From contig NC_043000.1 in NCBI RefSeq assembly GCF_006345805.1, forward strand, positions 14,880,001 through 14,944,000: a stretch of 64,000 nucleotides of DNA, read 5' to 3'. A model generated the notes under the pieces. That model was not told where the DNA came from, searched no databases, and saw only the letters and a list, made by a program, of their open reading frames with translations. Shown here in pieces: positions 27,178 to 41,904 of the stretch. Source of the DNA: Octopus sinensis (lineage: Eukaryota). Numbering within the stretch: position 1 is the stretch's first letter; the number at the start of each line of letters is the position of its first letter. The position numbers and the translations under genes were made by a program.

Positions 27178-27273
27178 TAGATAGATAGATAAATAGATAA
27201 ATAGATAGATAGATAGATAGATAGGCAAGCAGACAGGCAGGCAGGCAGGCAGACAGACAGATAGACAGACAGC

Positions 27274-27360
<87 letters not shown>

Positions 27361-27450
27361 GCAGGCAGGCAGGCAGGTATACATACATACATACATACAT
27401 ACATACATACATACATACATACATACATACATACACGCACGCACGCACAC
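27093..27450. repeat. Compound tetranucleotide array (GACA/GGCA/GATA/TACA)
   Basis: Seen directly. Confidence 0.95.
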
Positions 27451-28123
27451 GCATACACGTGTATCTGTGCGCATTTTAAATTTTGGTTGGTAGACCAAAA
27501 TTGGTTGGTACTTAATTTCTAGCCCTTAGTGTGAGTTCGTGTAAATTTATGGATGTGTAGCTGTATTTTTATTTCAATAAATTTGTTTCGTCATCCATAC
27601 ACTTTCCCAAAGCTATTAAAAATCATAAATGAAATGGCTGCAAGTGGAAATCGAGACCAGTTTTTTTAGCATCTATTCACTCAAAACGCCACATCACACT
27701 ATACTGGTTACCATTCATTAAAAGAACTGCAGCACAAAAAAGAAAATGTCGCTTTTTGTAACGTTATAATTCAAGTCGGGTTATTGAGTGATGCAATGTA
27801 GTGTGGTGTTTTTGCTATCAATCTAATATTCTCCGTGATCATGAGTTAAGCAGCCAGTTACCATACAAAAAACATCGTTCGAAAGTTCCCTACGAAAAAC
27901 TGCACGAGATTGTTGCTAAAAAGATTTCATGAAAAGCTTTTATTCTTTTGGTCATGTTTGCTTTGTCTGAGGGTCACTTAATGGTTTTAGATTCTTGCAT
28001 GAACGTTTAAGAATAGTCTTAGACAATGAGACGGGAAAACAAAAAATCAACGTAAACAAATAATTGAAATGTAAACAGAAAAAAATACCCAGAGAAAAAC
28101 CATAGATGTATGTATGTGTGTGA

Positions 28124-28179
<56 letters not shown>

Positions 28180-28186
28180 TGTGTGT

Positions 28187-28250
<64 letters not shown>

Positions 28251-30439
28251 TGTGTGAGGGGGTAGGTGTTTAAATTAAGAAAATGATAGAAAAATTAATG
28301 AATAATCGGTAAGAAAATGCTGGGAGTAAGTGATAGGAAAAACAAGTCATAACTGATCTATTAAAGATAGTCACGACCGACAGTTTGCTGGCCGGCAACT
28401 TAATTATATTAGCCGCCTTGGTTATTCTCAGGCGAGAATTTTTTTTTCCCTCGAAACAATTATGTACACTCCCATACTTTCGTGGTGCGAAGTGAAAAAT
28501 AGCCTATTGCTTGGCGTGGAAGCAACATAAAAGGAAACGGTATTTTCTAACCGGAAAATGTGATTAATTCTATGAATTCGCGAGCATTTAACAACAATCT
28601 AAGGTGATTAGGTCGTCGAAATGATTGGCAAACGCGCCTGAATCCGCGCCATCTTTGTTAATACACCAATAAAACTCGATCATCTGGCCCCCTGGATTCG
28701 GCAAAAACTTGAAATCTAAACAGTTTGGTCATAATTAGAATTCAAGCGAAAAGGCAGAGTAGGGGTTCGAAAGAAAGTAAAAAGATTAAGTAAGCTAGAA
28801 AGATATTAATATATTGAAGGGATATAAATGAAGAGATGTGACGGTCGGATAAGAGTATTTGGACAATAGCTTCGTTTGACAGAGTTTTGACACGAAGAAA
28901 ATTAGTCGCATATTCAGTTATTGATAGGTACCCCAGTTTATTAAACAGACGATATTATGTCGAATTAATCGAATAATCGGTAGCATTCAGTGAAAATAAG
29001 AATGAAGATCTTCCACGAGATCTCTTCACGTCATCTTGTTTGTTCTCTTCCAGTTACCGTATATGTCTACCGCCGTCGTTCCACATATAATCCACCGATC
29101 CCCCACTTTAATGTCACCTCTGTAATTACTGTTACTGATCACTGGTGATCAAATCATTTTGTCATCAAGTTGATGTTTGCTCAACGTAGACTGACAACAC
29201 CAGCATGTCACTGCTGTTATTAAAACAGTTATGCCGATCATCAAACTAAAACGTTTTAATATGTTTATCGTCGTTTGCTGAAAGACTTATTTAAGAGGAA
29301 AGAGCTGCAAACGCTGGAGTGGAGTCGGTGGCGTTATTGGCGGTGGCAGCTTTCTTCTGGCAAAAGTAAAGATAATCATTACATCTTTGTTTGAATTCAT
29401 TGACGGTTGCTGTTCACACTTCAAGCCTCGCGAAATAAGATTGAAGCGCAATTGTGCTAGAGAGAGGGGAGAAAAAGAGAGAGAATGAGAGGAAAACGTA
29501 GACAAACAGAAGCGGTTGAATGCGTGTGTGCCTGTGCATGCGAGTGAGTGTGCGTACGCATGCGTTGTGTGTCTGCGCGTATGAACGATATTGTATGTCG
29601 TCTGGTTTGTGATATAGTTTACAGCCGCTTGGAATCTAATGAAAATCGAAGAGTGTATTAAACGCTGGACGTTCCACTCAGTAAATCACAGCTATCACTT
29701 GAAGTGCTGCTTCACCTTTCACTTGAAACGTTTATAAAGTACTTCCGTATCCATAGTCTAAATTGCATTGCAGAGTAAGTCTAACACACATGCTTACTTG
29801 CATGTGTGTGGTGGTGGGGGGGGTGACTCTGGATGTCTGTGTGTGTGAATCTGGATGTGTGTGTGTGTGTGTGTGAATGTGGATGTACGCATGGAGATGT
29901 GAGAACGTTTAAGTGTACCTGTGTATGTGTATATGCAAGCATGTATGTGGGTCTTCTTTGATAAATATGTGGAAATATGGACACAAGTGTGTATTATAGA
30001 ATTATTTGAACGATATACATGAGCATTTCTATAGATAAAGACATTCATTTACACATGCATATGTATACGCATACATACATGCATTTATACATATATATAC
30101 ATACATTCATACATATATACATACATGCATATATACATACATACATACATACATACATACATACATACATACATACATACACACATACATACATACATAC
30201 ACACATACACACATGCATACATACAAGCATATATACATATATATACATACATTCATACATATATACATACATGCATACATACATACATACATACATACAT
30301 ACATACATACATACAACATACATACATACATACATACATACATACACGTGTCCGAGTGTGTAAGTGTAAACTTTTCGAAATCCACAATAACTACATACAT
30401 ACATTTATATAGGTGTGTATGCATGTATGTATGCATATG

Positions 30440-30498
<59 letters not shown>

Positions 30499-30596
30499 AC
30501 GCATATATGTATACAAGCGTATACACTCACATGCGCGCACACAACACACACGTACACACACCGCTCAAACGCACCGCACGCACACAACACACGCAC

Positions 30597-30662
<66 letters not shown>

Positions 30663-30942
30663 ACACACACAAATTATCAATAGAGCGCACTTGACTTGGC
30701 AAAAAGAGGAACTGGATTGGACTTAATCTGGCACCTGACCTCTTAGGTACTTTTAGCAGAATCCAATCTGTTGCAGACATGTGGAAGAAGTCTCCAGTGT
30801 GAGCATAAGCCATAAGTCATAGACACTTCCTTCCCCTTCAACCAACAGTCTTAGAACTAGAGCTAAAGGTGCCATCGTCACTGCCTTTTCTTTAAACTCA
30901 GACCATTATTTAACGAATAGTTTCTCACACAAAATTACACAT

Positions 30943-31555
30943 AGGCGCAGGAGTGGCTGTGTGGTAAGTAGCTTGCTTACCAACCACATGTTTCAGGGTT
31001 CAGTCCCATAGCGTGGCACCTTGGGCAAGTGTCTTCTACTATAGCCTGGGGCTAACCAAAGCCTTGTGAGTGGATTTGATGGACGGAAACTGAAAGAAGA
31101 TCGTCATACTGTATATGTATATATATATATATATTGGGGAAAAAATCACCTTTTATCAATTCAATAATGAAAAATTAAATTATACCATTTAGAAAATTAT
31201 ATATTATAGAAAGATTAAATATAAGATAAAACATATAACGATGATTAAGTAATGTGCAAAATAATAACTAAAACGTATATATTTGGTGTATATATATATA
31301 TATATATATATATATGCATGTGTGCGTGTGTCTGTCTGTCTGTCTTTATCCCCCCTCCAATCATAGCTTGACAACCGATGTTGGTGTAATTACATCCCCG
31401 TAACTTAGCGGCTCAGCAAAAAAGAGAACGATAGAATAGGTTCTAGGCTTACAAAGAATAAGACCTGGGGTCGATTTGCTCGACTAAAGGCGGTGCTCCA
31501 GCATGGCCACAGTCAAATGACTGAAACAACTAAAAGTGTAAAAAGAGTAAAGAGT
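30943..31555 (+). mobile_element. SINE family A split by an AT-rich insert in its microsatellite
   Basis: Head to about 31107, tail from about 31330. Confidence 0.7.
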
Positions 31556-31710
31556 ATGTATGTAGGTTGGTAGGAGCATTCGCGCATGAGAGACAAAAGG
31601 TAAGTAGGTACATATGTTCACTCATAGGTACGTTCAAATGTACGTAGGTAGGTATATACGTACATACATATGTACGTACGTAAGAAGACAAATAGATAGG
31701 TAGGTAAGTA

Positions 31711-32269
31711 TTGGATTGTCCGGAAAGTTCGTGCCGATTTATAGTAGCTTGCTTTTCGACTTATTTTAGAACATGGTTGAGTCCATAAAATAGGATTTGA
31801 CTACACTTCCATTTAGAGCACAGTTTAAGCTGTCTTTTCGTGGAAGAAGGTTTATGTTCCTATAACCTGTGTTAATTTTGTAACCCTTTAAAATGAGGAA
31901 GTTCATTTTCCGCATTTGATGCTTTGGGAACCAGACAACAATTGCTGCAGCTCGGCTGGGATGTGTTACCTCATCCTCCATATTCACCAGATATTGCTCC
32001 TCTGGATTTCCACTTATTCAGGTCTCTGCAGAATAGTCTTAATGGTAAAAATTTCAATTCTCTGGATTACATAAAAAGATACCTTGATGAATTATTTGCC
32101 ATGAAACCACCTCAATTCTGGGAAGAGGGTATTTTCAAGTTAAAAGAAAGATGGAGACGCATTGTGGAACAAAATGGTTCATATTTGGTTGATTAAAAAT
32201 GTAATGGCAAGTATTTATTGACCTTTTTCTTTCCTTCAAAAATCGGCACGAACTTTCCGGACAGCCCAA
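31711..32269 (+). mobile_element. Internally deleted mariner element
   Basis: About 28-bp TIRs ttgg(a/g)(t/c)tgtccggaaagttcgtgccgattt, TA TSD, transposase remnant HPPYSPDIAPLDFHLFRSLQ. Confidence 0.9.
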
Positions 32270-32332
32270 TACGTTCATACGTAAGAAATGTGCTTGTAGG
32301 AAGATGATAGATAGATAGATAGATAGATAGAC

Positions 32333-32446
<114 letters not shown>

Positions 32447-32766
32447 TGGATGAGGTCATTGGTGGGTATTAGAGGGAAGATAGGTCGGCAGGTATTGGCT
32501 GGTAGGTCGAGAGTAGAGTGTGAGCAGAGCTGGTGATGTTGCAGGTGGCCACTAAACAGACTGTTGATTATTTGATCAGCCCTTACCGGAGATATTTAGT
32601 GTTTGACTGATGCAGCAATTAACTGGAATAGTCCTCACTCACCCTGCACAACCACCACCATCTCCACCACTACTAAAACTGCCATCAACACCTCGCCTAA
32701 CAACAACCATCGCCATTATATCTAGCACCATCACCACCTACGACCACCACGATCACTATCACCAAC

Positions 32767-33368
32767 AAAGGCGGCGAGCTGGCAGAAACGTTAGCACACC
32801 GGGCGAAATGCGCAGCAGTATTTCGTCTGTCGCTACGTTCTGAGTTCAAATTCCGCCGAGGTCGACTTTGCCTTTCAACCTTTCGGGGTCGATTAAATAA
32901 GTACCAGTTATGCGCTGGGGTCGATGTAATCGACTTAATCTGTTTATCTGTCCTTGTTTGTCCCCTCTGTGTTTAGCCCCTTGTGGGTAGTAAAGAAGTA
33001 GGTATTTCGTCTGCCGTTACGTCCTGAGTTCAAATTCCGCCGAGGTCGACTTTGCCTTTCATCCTTTCGGGGTCGATTAAATAAGTACCAGTTATGCGCT
33101 GGGGTCGATGTAATCGACTTAATCCGTTTATCTGTCCTTGTTTGTCCCCTCTGTGTTTAGCTCCTTGTGGGTAGTAAAGAAGTAGGTATTTCGTCTGCCG
33201 TTACGTCCTGAGTTCAAATTCCGCCGAGGTCGACTTTGCCTTTCATCCTTTCGGGGTCGATAAATTAAGTACCAGTTACGCACTGGGGTCGATGTAATCG
33301 ACTTAATCCGTTTGTCTGTCCTTGTTTGTCCCCTCTGTTTTTAGCCCCTTGTGGATAATAAAGAAATA
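32767..33368 (+). mobile_element. SINE family C trimer with 16-bp TSD
   Basis: Period 184; TSD gatcactatcaccaac at 32751-32766 and 33369-33384. Confidence 0.85.
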
Positions 33369-33798
33369 GATCACTATCACCAACGCAGCCACCACCAATC
33401 ATCACCACCATCACGAACCCTGCAATCAATCACCGCCGTCACCAGCGCCACCTACAGCCCGTCACAAACATCGCCATCACCACCTTCAACACCGCCATAG
33501 CTATTACGACTACCACAAACACTATCATCATCATTATCATCATCAACACCATCACAACTACCACTGCCGCCACCGTCCCCATTACTATCATCAGTAGAGT
33601 CCTCGATGCTGTTCTTTCTTTTGTGAACTTCGCCATTTATACTTCGTTGCCCTGTCGGCTGTTTGCAGTCATATATGTGTAATATATATGAAAGCGTGTA
33701 ATGTGTCTTCTACCGTCTGTCCTTTACTTGTTTTAGTCATTACTCTGCGGCCATGCTGAGGCACCAGCATAGATAGATAGATAGATAGATAGATAGAC

Positions 33799-33862
<64 letters not shown>

Positions 33863-33878
33863 GGATGGATATATAGAT

Positions 33879-33928
<50 letters not shown>

Positions 33929-34194
33929 AGATAGATAGACAGACAGACAGACAGGCGGACGGACGGACGGACGGAGGGATGGATGGATGGATGGATGGAT
34001 GGATGGATGGATAGACAGACAGACAGACAGGCAGACAGAGATGGATGGATGGATGGTTGGATGGATGGATGTGGACATCACAGGCGTTCTACCGCTGGAC
34101 TAAGGAAACCCTTCGAATTCTATTTATTGGTTTAAATGTGAATTTATAATCTGGGTCTTGAAGCTGGAGGTTTCGATGGATATATGCATGAATG

Positions 34195-34261
<67 letters not shown>

Positions 34262-34645
34262 CCTGTTTATGTGATTTCTGATAGTACTTTCTGGGATTGA
34301 TGTTTACTTAGTAATTTGTCGAATTTATCAAACTGGTCTACTTTATATAATTAGACATCAATGTGAAGAGAGACATAAAGAGAAATAAGGAGAGTGGGAG
34401 AGAGAGATAGTGCTGTAGAGACTGTGTGAAAGAGAGAAAGAAACGGAGAAAGGCAGAGAGAAGAGAGAAAGGGAGAAAGAGGAGAGAGAGAGAGAGAAGA
34501 CAGACCGAGAGAGAAAAAAGGAAGAGAGAGAGAACAGAGGAACCAGCCTCATGAGAATTGTGTTTGTTAGTAAATATGGATTTAGTTCTTTTTATGTGAT
34601 TGTTCTTGTTGCTATTACTGCAGTCGTTGATGTGATTAGTGATTT

Positions 34646-34765
34646 GTAACATAGAGACTCAGCTAGCACAGGCCAGATCAAGCCAGACCAGACCAGACCA
34701 GACCAGGCCAGATATGATCAAACCTGACCAGACCAGACCAGTCCAGGCTAGAGTAGGCCAGGCTA
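34646..34765. repeat. (CCAGA)n pentanucleotide repeat
   Basis: Seen directly. Confidence 0.85.
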
Positions 34766-35311
34766 GGTGTCTGATTTTTCATGGGAGAGAAATCGAGTCC
34801 ACGAGGGAGCCTCTACGTAGACGTTTGATCTGCTAGAAATAACAGACAGAACTTTCTAACATCACACTTTAACTTACGGGCGGCCTTTGAAGTAGGACTG
34901 AACCCGGAACCATGTGGTTGGGAAGCAAACCTCTTACCACACAGCTACGCCTGCGTCTTTATATATAAGACGTTTAGATCCGCCTCCTAACACACATTCT
35001 TTTCCACACTTCCTGCAAGTAGAGATGCCGTATAATGCAAAGTTAACAACTATTCCTTGGGGACTTCTAAGGCCTGCATTACTAAGACAGGCATGCACAC
35101 AGTTGCTAAATGTTAGATTGAATTGTGCGCCAGTATACTCAATCAAACTCACGTGAAGACCCTTTAATAAAAGCTGTTCCCGCTCGATATGATTTTGTTC
35201 GAACTCCTTCCTCCCATCATTCACTGCTCTCCTCGGCGTTGAACGATCTTGAGCGACGTTTTCCAATCTAATTTTCAAGATTCTAACCTTCACCAGTATA
35301 TTCTTAATGCA

Positions 35312-35679
35312 AAGGCGGCGAGCTGACAGAAACGTTGGCATGCCGGGCGAAATGCCTAGCCGTATTTCGTCTGCTGCTATGTTCTGAGTTCAAATTCCGC
35401 CGAGGTCGACTTTGCCCTTCATCCTTTCGGGGTCGATATATTAAGTACCAGTTACGCACTGTTTGTCCTCTCTGTTTTTAGCCCCCTGTGGGCAGTAAAG
35501 AAATAGGTATTTCGTCTGCCGCTACGTTTTGAGTTCAAATTCCGCCGAAGTCGACTTTGCCTTTCATCCTTTCGAGGTCGATGAATTAATTACCAGTTAC
35601 GCACTGGGGTTAATGTAATCGACTTAATCCGTTTGTCTATCCCCTCTATGCTTAGACCCTTATGGGTAATAAAGAAATA
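35312..35679 (+). mobile_element. SINE family C dimer with 17-bp TSD
   Basis: TSD agtatattctt(a/g)atgca at 35295-35311 and 35680-35696; the first unit has an internal deletion. Confidence 0.8.
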
Positions 35680-36033
35680 AGTATATTCTTGATGCAGTCC
35701 TTATACCTTAATTTCGGTTCTTGCGCTGATATTTTATCGCGGGCAAACTCACCATACGTAAATGGTTTAGCGATCCGACCATATTTCACCTTCATTACTT
35801 GACCACTTCATTGTAATCGGTATTGAAGTACTAAAGACTTTATCCTGATAGACTGACTGCGTTCGTGAATTTCCTCATTACTTACATACATTTGCCACCA
35901 GATATACAGTTTACGGTGGACATGTTGTTAGTAAAATCGCTCCAGCCTTTTCATACGTTACCGGTAAGAACGATCGATCGGCTGATTTTGAAAGAGAAAA
36001 GATATAGGTGGTGGGGGTATCTTTTATCTTTTA

Positions 36034-36424
36034 CTAGCAGTATCGCCCGGCGTTGCTTGGGTTTGTTTCGACCCTTTAGAATTGGAATTTTTGAAAAGTA
36101 AAAAATTTTGCATTATGTAGCTTGTTATTCTCTTTAAGTGAACATTTTCCTGGTTGAAATACACCGAAAAATGGCGACACAGCAGTCAAAAAATCGTAAA
36201 AAATAGGGATTTTCATAGAAAGAAAGCACCTTTTTGATGTAAATAATTTTTGGTGTTAACATGGACCGATTTGAATTTTTTCTTCTACGGAAGGAAGAAT
36301 AAGCCTTCTTCTATCATACTCTCAATTTTGGTCAACTTACACCGCAGGGTCTCGGAGGAGATAGTGTTAGTTGAAGGCTACCAAACCTGCCACACACAGA
36401 CAACTTCAGCTTTATATATAGAGA
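36034..36424 (-). mobile_element. Non-autonomous Helitron, second subfamily
   Basis: TC..CTAG termini, inserted at an A^T target. Confidence 0.75.
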
Positions 36425-36676
36425 TTTTTTACTTGCTTCAAGCATTAGACTGCGACCATGCCGAGGCACCGTCTTGAAGAATTTTTAGTCGAACGAATCG
36501 GCCACAGTACATTTTTTTTTTTGACCGAACCACTAAATTACAAACCAACACCGGTTGTCAAGCGATGTGGGAGAACAAACTCCAGTAAAAGAAATCTTTA
36601 CCGGCGACAACCACCACCTCCACAACTACCCGTCATTACAATTACCACCGGCTCGACCATCACCCCTACGAGTACC

Positions 36677-37276
36677 TATTTCTTTATTACCCTCAAGGGG
36701 CTAAACATAGAAGGGACAAACATGGACAGACATAGGTATTAAGTCGATTATATCGACCCCAGTGCGTAACTGGTACTTAATTTATCGACCCCGAAAGGAT
36801 GAAAGGCAAAGTTGACCTCGGCGGAATTTGAACTCAGGACGTAACGGCAGCCGAAATACCTATTTCTTTATTACCCACAAGGGGCTAAACACAGAGGGGA
36901 CAAACATGGACAGACATAGGTATTAAGTCGATTATATCGACCCCAGTGCGTAACTGGTACTTAATTTATCGACCCCGAAAGGATGAAAGGCAAAGTTGAC
37001 CTCGGCGGAATTTGAACTCACAACGTAACGGCAGCCGAAATACCTACTTCTTTATTACCCACAAGGAGCTAAACACAGAGGGGACAAATAAGGACAGACA
37101 TAGGTATTAAGTCGATTACATGGACCCCAGTGCGTAACTGGTACTTAATTTATCGACCCCGAAAGGATGAAAGGCAAAGTCGACCTCGGCGGAATTTGAA
37201 CTCACAACGTAACGGCAGCCGAAATACCGCTAAGCATTTCGCCCGACGTGCTAACGATTCTGCCAGCTCACTGCCG
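36677..37276 (-). mobile_element. SINE family C trimer with 11-bp TSD
   Basis: Period 184 (36853, 37037, 37221); TSD ctacgagtacc at 36666-36676 and 37277-37287. Confidence 0.85.
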
Positions 37277-37710
37277 CTACGAGTACCACCACCTTCACTG
37301 CCATCGTACCATTCCTACCATCTTCATCAATATCACTGTACCCACCCCCCACACGCTCTCCGCGCCCATCCCAACCCCGTATCGTCAACTCGAGATTATG
37401 GTTTCATCGACAGAGGAGGGCGTGTCTCAATTAATAAAAAAGAAACAAAAGGCCTTATAAGACAGGTTTTATTGTGTCACCCCCTACTACAATAGGTAAA
37501 GCAGAAGAAAGCGGAGAGTGTTTTATGTTAAAGTTGACTCAATCAATATTTACACACACCAATCTGGACGTCCGTTAATAGCAGTGTTTTAATCAACTTC
37601 GACCAATTCAGATAAAGACAGCCTTTCTCGAGAAGAAAAAAAAACCACCGAGACTCTATGATTGCCGATTGAAGCCGTTCGTAAAATGCTGGCATTTGCT
37701 GCTGATGTTA

Positions 37711-37713
<3 letters not shown>

Positions 37714-37745
<32 letters not shown>

Positions 37746-37846
37746 GGTGGTGGTGGTGGTGGTGGTGGTGATGGTGATGGTGATGGTGATGGTGATGATG
37801 ATGATGGTGATGGTGGTGGTGATGGTGGTGGTGGTGGTGGTGATGG

Positions 37847-37877
<31 letters not shown>

Positions 37878-37897
37878 GATGATGATGATGTTGGTGA

Positions 37898-37931
<34 letters not shown>

Positions 37932-37990
37932 GTGGTGGTGGTGGTGGTGGTGGTGGTGGTGATGGTGATGAGGATGATGATGAGGAGGAG
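37714..37990. repeat. (GAT/GGT/GAG)n array
   Basis: Seen directly. Confidence 0.95.
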
Positions 37991-38372
37991 GAGGAGGAGG
38001 AAGAGGAGGAGGGAAGAATGGGGTGAGGAGGAGGAGGAGAAGGAAGAAGATTAGGATGCTTGTGGTGGTGACGGTGACGGCGGCGGCGGCGAGAAGGAGG
38101 AGGAGGAGGAGGCAGTTGTTATTGTTAAGAGGTTTCGGTCAACTCTATTTGAGCAGAGAGCCATTATGATAGATAAGCATCGGACAAAAGAGTTGTTCGA
38201 TTAATATTCTGTTCTCTTTACTGTGAAAACATCTTCGACGACGTCAAAAGACAATCGTGATTACGCTTAGGCAAAGAAATAAGTCTTGAAAGATTACAAT
38301 GAAATAATATAAAGCATTAGAGTTTTTAATGATTATACGTTGAGGAGTTAACAGGTAATTATAGAGGAGACT

Positions 38373-38765
38373 TGTGGAGGCGCAATGGCCCAGTGGTTAG
38401 GGCAGCGGACTCGCGGTCGTAGGATCGCGGTTTCGATTCCCAGACCTGGCGTTGTGAGTGTTTATTGAGCGAAAACACCTAAAGCTCCACGAGGCTCCGG
38501 CAGGGGATGATGGTGATCCCTGCTGTACTCTTTCACCACAACTTTCTCTCACTCTTACTTCCTGTTTCTGTTGTACCTGTATATCAAGGGGCCGGCCTTG
38601 TCAATCTCTGTGTCACGCTGAATATCCCCGAGAACTACGTTAAGGGTACACGTGTCTGTGGAGTGCTCAGCCACTTACACGTTAATTTCACGAGCAGGCT
38701 GTTCCGTTGATCGGATCAACCGGAACCCTCATCGTCGTAACCGATGGAGTGCTTCCACATCCATT
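38373..38765 (+). mobile_element. SINE family B, full length
   Basis: A/B-box head; TSD gaggagact at 38364-38372 and 38766-38774. Confidence 0.85.
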
Positions 38766-38803
38766 GAGGAGACTATTAAAAGACATTTGGCTATTTCTTC
38801 AGT

Positions 38804-38941
38804 TGTGTCTGGGGAGAGTCATTTTCTTTTTGTGTTTATACTTTAACACACTCACCGGTAAAATTTCCACTATTTCTTATTTTTAGCGGTGAGTGTGTTA
38901 AACTATAAGGCACAAAAAGAAAATGACTCTCCCCAGACACA
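38804..38941. repeat. 138-bp hairpin with about 60-bp arms
   Basis: tgtgtctggggagagtcattttctttttgtg.. and its reverse complement; loop of about 17 nt. Confidence 0.85.
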
Positions 38942-39034
38942 GCAGAATATGCTTCAACACACGAACTCACATCAAGAATCTTGCAAACCAAATCCAAAAA
39001 CGAAATATTTCTTCGGTGTTAAGCATAAATACTA

Positions 39035-39586
39035 TTGGGTTGTCCGGAAAGTTCGTGCCGAAAAAGGTCAATAAATACTTGCCATTACATTTTTAATCAA
39101 CCAAATATGAACCATTTTGTTCCACAATGCGTCTCCATCTTTCCTTTAACTTGAAAATACCCTCTTCCCAGAATTGAGGTGTTTTCATGGCAAACAATTC
39201 ATCAAGGTATCTTTTTTACGTCATCCAAGGAATTGAAATTTTACCATTAAGACTATTTTGCAGAGACCTGAATAAATGGAAATCCGAAGGAGCAATATCT
39301 GGTGAATATGGAGGGTGGGAGTAACACATCCCAGCCGAGCTGCAGCAATTGTTGTCTGGTTCCCAAAGCATCCAATGCCGAAAATGAACTTTCTTATCTT
39401 CCATTTTAAAGGGTTACAAAATTAACACAAGTTATAAGAACATAAACCTTCTTCCACGAAAAGAAAGCTTAAACTGTGCTCTAAATGGAGGTATAGTCAA
39501 ATCCTATTTTATGGACACAACCATGTTCTAAAATAAGTCGAAAGATATGCTGCTATAAAACGGCACGAACTTTCCGGACAGCCCAA
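39035..39586 (-). mobile_element. Second copy of the same deleted mariner
   Basis: Same TIRs; MEDKKVHFRH fused to HPPYSPDIAPSDFHLF. Confidence 0.88.
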
Positions 39587-40035
39587 AACATCAGCCCAGC
39601 TAATGCATGTACACTAAGGTACGAGGGCACTAAAGCCGCTCAACGGGACCGGAAGACCAAAGCGCGTCCTGGAAGTCAAGGAAGGATGGGTTTTTGTAGA
39701 CGTCGGGGTGCATATCACATCCGAGTTTAAGTAGATGCGTGGTTTACAAGTAGTACGACGGTATACCATAAATGATAACGGACGAGGTCAAGTGGTGCGA
39801 AAATCTTATTTCACGTTCAGAAAAAAAGCGGACGCTGGGCCTGTCTGTGCGATATGTATGACACCGGGACCTCGTGATCCTGTCTACGAACTTCATTGTA
39901 GCTTCCTTGGAAGATGTCTATCGTAATTTGCTGCAGACCAAAGTTTTTCTAGTGGTGTGTGCTAGAAAGTCATAATGCTGCTGAAGACGATGTGGTCGAT
40001 AACTTCAGTCTCAGTTTTATCGCGAGTAAATTCTA

Positions 40036-40253
40036 CGAAGGGGCACTGGAAGGTTACTGGCTTTAAGGATGTTGCAAAAGGCCTGGCTGGAGGCCCAGTC
40101 TTCAGACTTCTTTTACAGGGTTTAGAAAAACTGAAGGACCACTGCAATGAGTGTATGAATCTGAAAGGGAAATGTGTTGAACAAAATCATAATTAACTGA
40201 TCTACCGGTGTTTTCTGTTACTCAAAGCCAGGAACTTTTCAATACCCCCCACG
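40036..40253 (+). mobile_element. Mariner-derived MITE
   Basis: TA-flanked; remnant QGLEKLKDHCNECMNLKGKCVE resembles the mariner transposase C-terminus. Confidence 0.65.
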
Positions 40254-40944
40254 TATCTCATGCGATACATCATACAGAAGGCTGAGATGAAACCTAGCTT
40301 TGGTGGGGTGCTGGTCAATTTGAATCAGTCTGGAGTATCCCATAGAGTCCATGCTCTGTACCTTCAACGAAGACCACGTCAGACGAACAAAAAAAAATTG
40401 AATGACACATCATGCGCCAAACACATTTACAACACAATAAATTCAAATCTGTATTAATGGTTTCTGAAAGGCAGCAAGCTGGCAAAATCGTTAGAAAGCC
40501 GGGCAAAATGCTTAGCGGCATTTCGTCCGTTTTTACGTTCTGAGTTCAAATTCCGCGGATATCGACTTTGCCTTTCATCCTCAAGCACTGGGGCTCGATG
40601 TAATCGACTTATTCCCTCCCCCAAAATTTCAGGCCTTGTGCCTCTTGTAGAAAGATATATTAATAGTTTCTGATATATGCGCAAGGCATGAAATTTTGTA
40701 GGGAGAGGACTAATTGACTACGTCGACTCCAGTATTTAGCTGGTACTTTATTTCATCGACCCCAAAAGTATAAAAGGCAAAGTCGACCTCAGGGGAATGT
40801 GATCTCAGAAAGCAAAGACGAACGAAATTCCACTATGCATCCCTTTTGCGGCCTGTTAATGATTCTGCCAGCTTGCTACCTTCAGGTTTATATAAATAGA
40901 TAATTTCTCATCGATAGATAGATAGATAGATAGATGGATAGAGG

Positions 40945-40984
<40 letters not shown>

Positions 40985-41262
40985 GGCATATATATGCATA
41001 TAAATATATATACATAGATTTACACATAGATTTACACATAGATTTATACATACATATTGTTTTTTTACTTGTTTCAGTCATTTGACTGCGGCCATGCTGG
41101 AGCACCGCCTTTAGTCGAGCAAATCGGCCCCAGGACTTATTCTTTGTAAGCGTAATACTTATTCTATCGGTCTCTTTTGCCGAACCGCTAAATTACGGGG
41201 ACGTAAACATACCAGCATCGGTTGTCAAGCGATGTTGGATGGGGACAAATACAAACATATAC

Positions 41263-41321
<59 letters not shown>

Positions 41322-41344
41322 ATATATATATATTATATATATAT

Positions 41345-41378
<34 letters not shown>

Positions 41379-41638
41379 CATATATAATTAGTAATGCAAT
41401 ACAAAGTATCGCCTTCCAGTAAAGAATAGCCCGTGAGGGAAAAATACACAAAGTAGTAAATAAATGGCACAACTAAGTACCGATATTTACTGGAAATAGC
41501 GAACGTAAAAATACGACGCTAATGTATAGCTTCACCGCGTATGTATTAGTAAAAATGCGTGTGTGCAACAAACTAGAGAAAAACGTCTTACCTCCAGGGA
41601 GAACATCTGAAAGATGAAATACCCGGAAAAGGATAATG

Positions 41639-41708
41639 TGGGACCTGCAGGTTTCAGATTTTACAAGATATGACTGCCACCCATATCTTATTCTATCTTC
41701 ATCAGCCA
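41639..41708 (-). ncRNA. Type I hammerhead ribozyme (428-nt unit, copy 1)
   Basis: Reverse complement: tgg-CTGATGA-AGAT..AAGATATG(ggtggcagt)CATATCTT..ATCT-GAAAC-CTGCAG-GTC-cca. Confidence 0.8.
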
Positions 41709-41904
41709 AGCATATACCATGACGAAATCTACGATGTTACCACATTAATACTATTACACTCGACTGAAACGCGGAACGCCAACAGTACGAAAAACGGTGA
41801 AGAAGCTTCAATAAATTAGTAATGCAATACAAAGTATCGCCTTCCAGTAAAGAATAGCCCGTGAGGGAAAAATACACAAAGTAGATTTCGTCATGGTATA
41901 TGCT

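Noticed and set aside
32767-37276. Regular 184-bp arrays as CRISPR-like arrays
   Set aside because: Eukaryotic context, no unique spacers, and the units are SINE sequence.
38373-38450. tRNA genes at SINE heads (also 7290, 17870, 49820, 47441-47506)
   Set aside because: A/B boxes are present but acceptor and anticodon stems are not intact, and the heads run into SINE bodies.
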